Shown here: one piece after another, positions 58,034 to 64,000 of the stretch
Layout: each line of letters starts with the position of its first letter
How positions within the stretch are numbered: position 1 is the stretch's first letter
Assembly (NCBI GenBank): GCA_964388715.1
Contig: CAYMBN010000002.1
Span: 80,704-144,703 of the forward strand
Length of the DNA: 64,000 nucleotides
Origin: an uncultured Methanosarcinales archaeon
GTDB lineage: Archaea > Nanobdellota > Nanobdellia > Woesearchaeales > CAYMBN01
Direction of reading: 5' to 3'
Notes under the pieces: generated by a model
Database searches by the model: none
What the model was told of the DNA's origin: nothing
The model's input: the letters and a program-made list of their open reading frames with translations, nothing else
Translations under genes and position numbers: made by a program

Positions 58034-58188
58034 TTTGTTTTTATTTCTTTTTTTCTCTTTTTTTAGAAAAATCTTTGATTTCAGAGACACAAAAAATCTT
58101 TGATATTTTTTCGTGTTTCTAAAACCTTTCTCACTTTTGTTCGAAAGTTTTCGTAATATTTAAAAATAGCTAGGCATTTTTAACGATT

Positions 58189-58728
58189 ATGGCCACCTAT
58201 ATGCATGGATTGAGAATACCTAAGGAAAGGATTGGTGTTCTGATTGGTAAGAAAGGAGAAGTTAAACAACAAATAGAGAATTCTACAAAAACAAAGCTTG
58301 ATATTGATTCTAAGGAAGGAGATGTTTCTATAACAGGAGAGGATGGTATTGGTTTGTTTCATGCAAAAGAAGTTGTGATAGCAATTGGTCGTGGTTTTAA
58401 TCCTGATATTGCGTTATTGCTTCTAAAACAAGATTATATGCTTGAAGTAATTAATCTAGGAGATTATTGTAATAAAAAGAAGTCTGCTTTAAGCAGAATA
58501 CGTGGTAGATTAATAGGTAGGGAAGGTAAATCAAGGCATATAGTTGAAGAATTGACTGAATCTTATGTTTCTGTTTATGGGAAAACAGTTGCAATTATAG
58601 GACTTGCTGAGAATATAACTATAGCAAGGGATGCTATTCAAATGCTTTTGAAAGGAAGTCCGCATAGTACTGTTTATAGATGGCTTGAAAGACAGAGAAA
58701 AAAAATAAGAGAAGCTGAATTAGTTTAA
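58189..58728 (+). CDS. Archaeal KH-domain RNA-binding protein (Dim2/Pno1-like, two KH domains)
   Basis: KH domain 1 is IPKERIGVLIGKKGEVKQ. KH domain 2 is LSRIRGRLIGREGKSRHIVEELT. Confidence 0.75.
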   Translation: MATYMHGLRIPKERIGVLIGKKGEVKQQIENSTKTKLDIDSKEGDVSITGEDGIGLFHAKEVVIAIGRGFNPDIALLLLKQDYMLEVINLGDYCNKKKSALSRIRGRLIGREGKSRHIVEELTESYVSVYGKTVAIIGLAENITIARDAIQMLLKGSPHSTVYRWLERQRKKIREAELV

Positions 58729-59825
58729 GGTAGCCAACTTTTAGGATTTTTAAGTTTTTTTGGAAGGTAGTCGCTTATTACAAAGTTTAATCCATGTTTT
58801 GCAAGAGCTTGTTGTTCTGCTCTTACTTTCATTCTTAACATTTGATTAAGAGCTTTTTGCCATTCTTTATGATGTTGTACAAAAGGATCGTTTTTAAGAC
58901 CATCTTTAAGTCTTTTTATGTCAACATCTTTTAATGGATGACTTGGAAGTTTATAATCTACAATATCTTTGGGAGTAATTCCTATGAATTTTATTTTTGG
59001 TACACAGAAAAACTCATTTATGTGAGCTGCATTACCTGAACCTACTTTTAATGTTCTGTATATGTTTAGGAATCCGTATGGGTCTCCATCTGTAAAACCA
59101 AAAACAGGAATATTTTTTGATTCACTTAATCTTCTGATAAATCTTCTACATGCTCTGGTTGGTACACCACCCATACTAATCAAAATACATTTTGATTTTT
59201 TCCAATAATTATGTTTAACAAGACGTTGAAACATACCTGCTGTTTCAATTGCAAGAATAAATTTTGCATCTGTTTTAAATTTAAGATGTTCTACATTGAT
59301 TGGAATTGAGTAAGCACCTGAACCAAATTTAGTACAATCAATTCTGATTTCCTTACCAGTATCACGATCCTTATCAACAACAATTAATTTGCCTGCGATG
59401 TCACCACCTTTTTCTTCAGGAATGAAACCAAGTTGTTCTCTGTTTACCATAAACATTGCTTCAACATCATCCATTACAGTGTCTGAATCAGGTTGTGCCA
59501 TAAAACGAGCATCACCCCAATTTTTGCTTACATAATATGCTTCTCTTTTTGTTGCAATATCATCTTTTTGAATTAATTCTTTTGAAAGTGTCATCATTCT
59601 TAATGTTTGTGCAAATGTTTTTACTGTTGAAGCTGCGAGTGTTCTTAATTTAGTTTTTCCTATTATCTCAAAATAACCATCTTTAGGGTTATATTTTACA
59701 TTTGATAATGATCTTAAAGGAGTTTTTAAAGTAGGAAGTTTCTTTTTCATTATTTTTTTATACATGCCATTTGATAAATCCTTTATTTTTTTAATTACAT
59801 CAGAATTACTTTTCTTTTTTGTCAT
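58725..59825 (-). CDS. top6A: DNA topoisomerase VI subunit A (Spo11 homologue)
   Basis: It has the Toprim motif FGFTDGDPYGFLNIY and catalytic Tyr region context. It is adjacent to, and overlaps, top6B. Confidence 0.9.
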   Translation of the reverse strand: MTKKKSNSDVIKKIKDLSNGMYKKIMKKKLPTLKTPLRSLSNVKYNPKDGYFEIIGKTKLRTLAASTVKTFAQTLRMMTLSKELIQKDDIATKREAYYVSKNWGDARFMAQPDSDTVMDDVEAMFMVNREQLGFIPEEKGGDIAGKLIVVDKDRDTGKEIRIDCTKFGSGAYSIPINVEHLKFKTDAKFILAIETAGMFQRLVKHNYWKKSKCILISMGGVPTRACRRFIRRLSESKNIPVFGFTDGDPYGFLNIYRTLKVGSGNAAHINEFFCVPKIKFIGITPKDIVDYKLPSHPLKDVDIKRLKDGLKNDPFVQHHKEWQKALNQMLRMKVRAEQQALAKHGLNFVISDYLPKKLKNPKSWLP

Positions 59826-61455
59826 CCTTCTCCTCCTTTCCTATTTTTGCAAACTCTTCATCATATTCTGGATTATCAATACCAATCTTGTCAAGTTTAC
59901 CTCTTTTTTGTTCAAGCATCTGTTTTAATTTAGATTCTATCTTAATTTTATCAGCTTTTTTTAGTGATAATAAATCTTTTAATGCATCTGCAACATGAGG
60001 AATGTATTTTTCAATAAAACTTCTTTTCTTTACTTCATCTTTTATACGGTGTTTTTTTCTTACATAGGATGAAAGTTGTCTTCCACACTCTTGTAAAGCA
60101 AGTTTTATCTCTTTAATTATTTCAGGATAGTGTGCAATAGCTTCTTTACTTTCACTTGTGAAAGGAACCCAAACAGATGCAATGTGTACAGCTATTGTAC
60201 AAGGTCCTTGTGGAAATGATCCACTTGATTGGCTTAAACCATAAGAACGCCAACTAGTTTGAATAATTGATTTTGATATTGCACATGCACCCTGTTGGTA
60301 TAGTAAAGGAACCCTATTTGCAAATCTTAGAATATTAACAGTTCCTTCAGAAGTTTGTTCACCACCATAAGCAATACCTGCTTCAACAATAAAAGGATTT
60401 CCTCTATAAACAGATGGTGGACGAGTTGTTGTACAGTAAAATTCTGCATTGATCTCTTTCCTAAGACCTTTTTCTAAAAGGTTTTTACCAATTGGACTTA
60501 TACAATCAGAAGGTGGAGAAATTAATTTTGTTTTTTGAATGCCTTGCATTAACTTCTCAGATTGTTCACGATTCATTTGAATTGGTTTTGTATTTGGTAA
60601 TAATGCTGCATTTTCACAAATCTGTTTAGCTGTACCAGAACCAACTCTAGAAAATTCTTTTGTTAAAAAAGCTTGTAATGTTCTTGAATCAGTATATTTT
60701 AACATTTTTATTAATCTGCCAAGTTCAACACCATACGGATGTGGTTTAATAGATTTTGCTTGCTTAGGCATTTCTTCTGTAACACGTGGAAAAATAATTT
60801 GTTCTGCTTTAGGTGTTGTGTATATAATTGTTGCATGTGGATTTGTTATTGCTGTTTGTTTTAAATATTGATCAATTGATTGGTTTCCTTTTTGATAAGA
60901 AGCTTCAATGTCCATTTCAATTCTTGTACCATGTTCTTTTTTCTTCCAATTAATTTCACCTTCTTTAGCAATTTCAGGTGCGTTCTTTTGTGTATTAATT
61001 CTAAGTTCATAATAATGTGCAGGTAACCCAGCATCTATCTTAGAAGTGATCTTAGCTGATCTTCCAGTTGTAAGTTGTGCATACATTACAGAAGCACTGA
61101 TACCTATCCCTTGTTGACCTCTGTTTTGTTTCATTGAATGAAACTTAGAACCATACAAAAGTTTAGCGAATATTTTTGGAATTTGTCTTTTTACAATACC
61201 AGGACCATTATCTTCAACAATTACCCTGAAACGATCACTACCCATATCAATGACTTCAACAACAAGTTCTGGAAGAATTCGTGCATCTTCACATGCATCA
61301 AGTGCATTGTCAACAGCTTCTTTGATAGTTGTCATTAAAGCTTTTCTTTTATTGTCAAAGCCAAGAAGATGTCTATTTTTTTCAAAGAATTCAGCTACAC
61401 CTATATCTCTTTGTTTTTCTGCTAATGCATGTGCAATAGGTTTCCTTTTTGCCAT
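59806..61455 (-). CDS. top6B: DNA topoisomerase VI subunit B (GHKL ATPase)
   Basis: The Bergerat-fold motifs are EAVDNALDA and VEDNGPGI. The 549-aa length fits top6B. It overlaps top6A by 20 nt. Confidence 0.9.
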   Translation of the reverse strand: MAKRKPIAHALAEKQRDIGVAEFFEKNRHLLGFDNKRKALMTTIKEAVDNALDACEDARILPELVVEVIDMGSDRFRVIVEDNGPGIVKRQIPKIFAKLLYGSKFHSMKQNRGQQGIGISASVMYAQLTTGRSAKITSKIDAGLPAHYYELRINTQKNAPEIAKEGEINWKKKEHGTRIEMDIEASYQKGNQSIDQYLKQTAITNPHATIIYTTPKAEQIIFPRVTEEMPKQAKSIKPHPYGVELGRLIKMLKYTDSRTLQAFLTKEFSRVGSGTAKQICENAALLPNTKPIQMNREQSEKLMQGIQKTKLISPPSDCISPIGKNLLEKGLRKEINAEFYCTTTRPPSVYRGNPFIVEAGIAYGGEQTSEGTVNILRFANRVPLLYQQGACAISKSIIQTSWRSYGLSQSSGSFPQGPCTIAVHIASVWVPFTSESKEAIAHYPEIIKEIKLALQECGRQLSSYVRKKHRIKDEVKKRSFIEKYIPHVADALKDLLSLKKADKIKIESKLKQMLEQKRGKLDKIGIDNPEYDEEFAKIGKEEKDDKKEK

Positions 61456-61631
61456 CTTTTGTCAAAATGCTCGGGAAAAATCCTCGCATTTCCTCCAGAT
61501 TAGTATTTCCTTGGTGGAAAGATAATCTTTCTAAAATTAATAAATAGGTGCTACTTTATAAATCTTTTTTATTTTTGAACTATTCTAAAACATTAAGTTT
61601 ATAAATAAAAAGTGAAATTAATGTATTAGAA

Positions 61632-61789
61632 GGACCCGTAGCCTAGTCTGGCAATCTTTTTGGCAAACAAAAAGTTTGGGCAAATAAGGCGACAGCCTTC
61701 TACGATCTTTCGAGGATAGCTGTAGATCGAGGGTTCGAATTTGCTAAAAGGTTCATTGCCTTTTTGTAATGAAAGTCCCTCCGGGTCCG
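61632..61789 (+). tRNA. tRNA-Arg (TCT) carrying three putative introns: D-loop (about 30 nt), canonical 37/38 (15 nt) and T-loop (36 nt)
   Basis: Acceptor GGACCCG/CGGGUCC with discriminator G; U8 A9; D-stem GCCU/AGGC; anticodon stem ACAGC/GCUGU; loop CU-UCU-A with intron CGAUCUUUCGAGGAU; T-stem GAGGG/CCCUC; T-loop UUCGAAU. A TATA (tttataaata) lies about 25 nt upstream and a T-run follows. Confidence 0.75.
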
Positions 61790-61802
61790 TTTCTTTTTAG
61801 AA

Positions 61803-63692
61803 TTAACTTGATATAATTTTCTTAAGTATTGTTTGTTTACCTTTCCAATCAATTGCTTCTTTGAGAACATCTTTTATACTTTCAACAGGAATTATTTGAA
61901 TATCATTAAGTTTTTTTGAATCAATGATAATATCTTTTATATTTGATTTTGGAACAATCACTTTGTTAAGGCCTGCTTCAATTGCTGCTTCAACTTTTGA
62001 GGAAACTCCTCCTACTGGTAAAACTTCACCTCTTACACTTAAAGAACCAGTCATTGCAAGATCTTGTTTTACTGGAACATTTTTTAGTGCAGAAATAATT
62101 GATACAGCGACTGCAATACTTGCTGAATCACCTTCTACGCCTGTGTAGGTTTGTAAAAATTGTAAGTGAATATCATATTTTTCTCTTAAATCTTCACCAA
62201 AATATTTTTTTATTATTGCAGCTACGTTTTTTACTGCTTCTTTTGCGATTTCACCTAGTTTTCCTGTAGCAATAATTTCCTTTTCTTTACCACCTGGTGT
62301 TACTTCTGATTCTATTGGAAGAATAATTCCTGATAATGCTACTCCTGAACCAATTACAGCTAAACCATTTACACGACCCACTCTTTTTCCTGTTGTAACA
62401 ATAACATCATATTCTTTCTTTTGTTCAATAAATTGGTCTGCTATTTGTTTTTCAAGTGGTCTAGCAATTTTTTTTGCTATGACAATATGTTCTTTTTCAA
62501 CAAGTTTAGCATTTTTTTCTTTTGCAATATCTCCAGCTGCTCTTATTAATCCACCTAGTTCTCTTAATCTTAATGTTAAATGTCCTTTTCTGTTTGCCAT
62601 TCTTTTTGCTTGTTCAATAATAAATTCAACTGCTTGTTTTGAAAAGTGTGGTATTTTTTTGTCTTTGGTAACTTCTTGTGCAACAAATTGTGCTATTCTC
62701 ATTCTATTCTCAGCTGTATCCTTGATTGTTTCTTTCATGTAAACTTCATAACCATAACCACGGATTCTACTTCTTAGAGCAGGGTGCATATTTTTTATTG
62801 TTTCTGCATTACCTGCTGCAATAAGGACAAAATTGCAAGGTACTGCTTCTGTTCTAACCATTGCACCTGCGCTTCTTTCACTTTGGCCTGTAATAGGGTA
62901 TTTACCTTCTTGTAATGCTGTTAAAAGTTCTTGTTGTGTATGTGGTTGTAATGTAGCAATTTCATCAACAAACAAAACGCCCATGTTTGCTTTATGGATC
63001 ATGCCTGCAACTATACGTTCATGAGCAGGAGTGCCTAAGCCACCACTTTGGAAAGGATCGTGAAGTACATCTCCTAATAGTGCACCTGCATGTGCGCCTG
63101 TTGCATCCATGAATGGTGCTTGTTTCTTGTTAAAATTGTCAACTACTATCTTTGGAGTTCCTGCGTTTTTTGTACCAGCCATTCTTTTTCCAACATTGAT
63201 AAAGATAACAAATGCTGCTAAGAATAACATTCCTCCAAGAAAGAGTGCAGTAAACATTATTCCACCAAGGATAAGTCCTCCTTCTTTAGAATAATAATTA
63301 AATGCCCACCATGGTGCAAACATTGCAAGTAAAACAAGTATGAATATGAATACATTTTGGTTTTTGAACATTGTCATTGATTGTAATTTTGCTTTTGTAA
63401 CTAATTCTCTTGCTTTGCCAGCTGGGGTAACTCTGATTAAAGGTTGATTTTCGTCATTTGGATTAGGAAATGCAACTGTGTCAACTAGTTTTTCTTTTGG
63501 TAATAGTTCTGCAAGTGCTAAACCTAACATAGATTTACCAGTACCTGGTTCACCAATCAATAAAACGTGTCTTCTTTGTTGAGCTGCTTTCTTGATTACA
63601 TTAACAGCATCATCTTGTCCAATAACTTGATTGATGATATTCTTAGGAACCTTTATCTTTTCAGTTGTTTTAAAGTTGAAATCCCCCTTCAT
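61803..63692 (-). CDS. lon: Archaeal membrane-bound Lon protease (LonB)
   Basis: Walker A is [12 protein letters not shown]. Two TM helices are inserted in the AAA+ domain (WWAFNYY...FLAAFVIFI). The protease Ser motif is [16 protein letters not shown], with a downstream Lys. Confidence 0.9.
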   Translation of the reverse strand: MKGDFNFKTTEKIKVPKNIINQVIGQDDAVNVIKKAAQQRRHVLLIGEPGTGKSMLGLALAELLPKEKLVDTVAFPNPNDENQPLIRVTPAGKARELVTKAKLQSMTMFKNQNVFIFILVLLAMFAPWWAFNYYSKEGGLILGGIMFTALFLGGMLFLAAFVIFINVGKRMAGTKNAGTPKIVVDNFNKKQAPFMDATGAHAGALLGDVLHDPFQSGGLGTPAHERIVAGMIHKANMGVLFVDEIATLQPHTQQELLTALQEGKYPITGQSERSAGAMVRTEAVPCNFVLIAAGNAETIKNMHPALRSRIRGYGYEVYMKETIKDTAENRMRIAQFVAQEVTKDKKIPHFSKQAVEFIIEQAKRMANRKGHLTLRLRELGGLIRAAGDIAKEKNAKLVEKEHIVIAKKIARPLEKQIADQFIEQKKEYDVIVTTGKRVGRVNGLAVIGSGVALSGIILPIESEVTPGGKEKEIIATGKLGEIAKEAVKNVAAIIKKYFGEDLREKYDIHLQFLQTYTGVEGDSASIAVAVSIISALKNVPVKQDLAMTGSLSVRGEVLPVGGVSSKVEAAIEAGLNKVIVPKSNIKDIIIDSKKLNDIQIIPVESIKDVLKEAIDWKGKQTILKKIISS

Positions 63693-63784
63693 CTTATCAG
63701 TGAAAATAGGGTATTTCTTTATAAATTTACCGAAAATTTAATAAATCCTGGTTTTTATATTAAATATGTAAAAGGTGATGGTTA

Positions 63785-64000
63785 GTGGCGCTTACAAAAG
63801 AAGAGATTATAAAGAAAATAGGTGTGGGTGGAAAAGAAGAGTATGCTGAAGAAAGTAAAGATAATTTTCAATATACGGGTTGGCCTAAGCCTGGTAAACG
63901 TTTTAAAATTATATGGGAAATATGGAATCTTTCTATAGAAGAAACTTATTTTTGGATGTTGAATTATCTTACTGAAGGTTGGGGTTATGTTCAAGTAGAA
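63785..64000 (+). CDS. 5' portion of a hypothetical protein gene (possible GTG start) running off the window end
   Basis: The frame is open from 63785 to 64000 (VALTKEEIIKKIGVGGKEEYAEESKDNFQYTGWPKPGKRFKIIWEIWNLSIEETYFWMLNYLTEGWGYVQVE). An in-frame TGA lies just upstream. The minus-strand ORF 63782..63994 is probably its shadow. Confidence 0.3.
   Translation, partial: MALTKEEIIKKIGVGGKEEYAEESKDNFQYTGWPKPGKRFKIIWEIWNLSIEETYFWMLNYLTEGWGYVQVE

Noticed and set aside
63782-63994. Minus-strand ORF of 70 aa
   Set aside because: It is a hydrophobic low-complexity translation that is antisense to the more plausible plus-strand partial CDS.
1-64000. Transposase or IS elements, integrases, and rRNA genes
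   Set aside because: There are no DDE or serine/tyrosine recombinase motifs, and no long GC-rich rRNA-like segments.

Overview
This is a very AT-rich archaeal window (about 30% GC). The housekeeping genes are archaeal: TopoVI A/B, archaeal DnaG, LonB, Elp3, Taw1, RIO kinase, TrmB and a KH protein. It is probably a DPANN-like lineage, but that guess rests only on gene content and composition.

The left half (about 1-34,000, all on the minus strand) is an unusual accessory locus. It holds three or four giant secreted, glycosylated surface or adhesin proteins, some of them membrane-anchored: a 5' partial gene of more than 660 aa, then 2924 aa, 1307 aa and 3131 aa, plus 1275 aa and 489 aa proteins. 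Their domains include LamG, right-handed beta-helix, FG-GAP/VCBS propeller, LVIVD propeller and Ig/FN3-like repeats, and the large ones carry recent internal duplications. Each large gene is immediately preceded by, and translationally coupled to, a tiny DNA-binding protein gene. These are a tandem-duplicated ArsR-like HTH, a ribbon-helix-helix protein not in the ORF track, and two paralogous sigma70-region-4-like HTH proteins, one of them also tandem-duplicated. The locus also contains an M64-like zinc metalloprotease lipoprotein, and several of its proteins end in a C-terminal TM helix followed by a lysine-rich tail.

The right half (34-64 kb) is mostly housekeeping. It has two tRNA genes (Cys-GCA and Arg-TCT) that each appear to carry three introns: one in the D-loop, one at the canonical 37/38 position, and one in the T-loop. 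It also has several GC-rich structured non-coding elements with TATA boxes and oligo-T ends, and a HerA/FtsK-type ATPase with an unusual C-terminal winged-helix extension. No CRISPR array, rRNA or transposase was seen.
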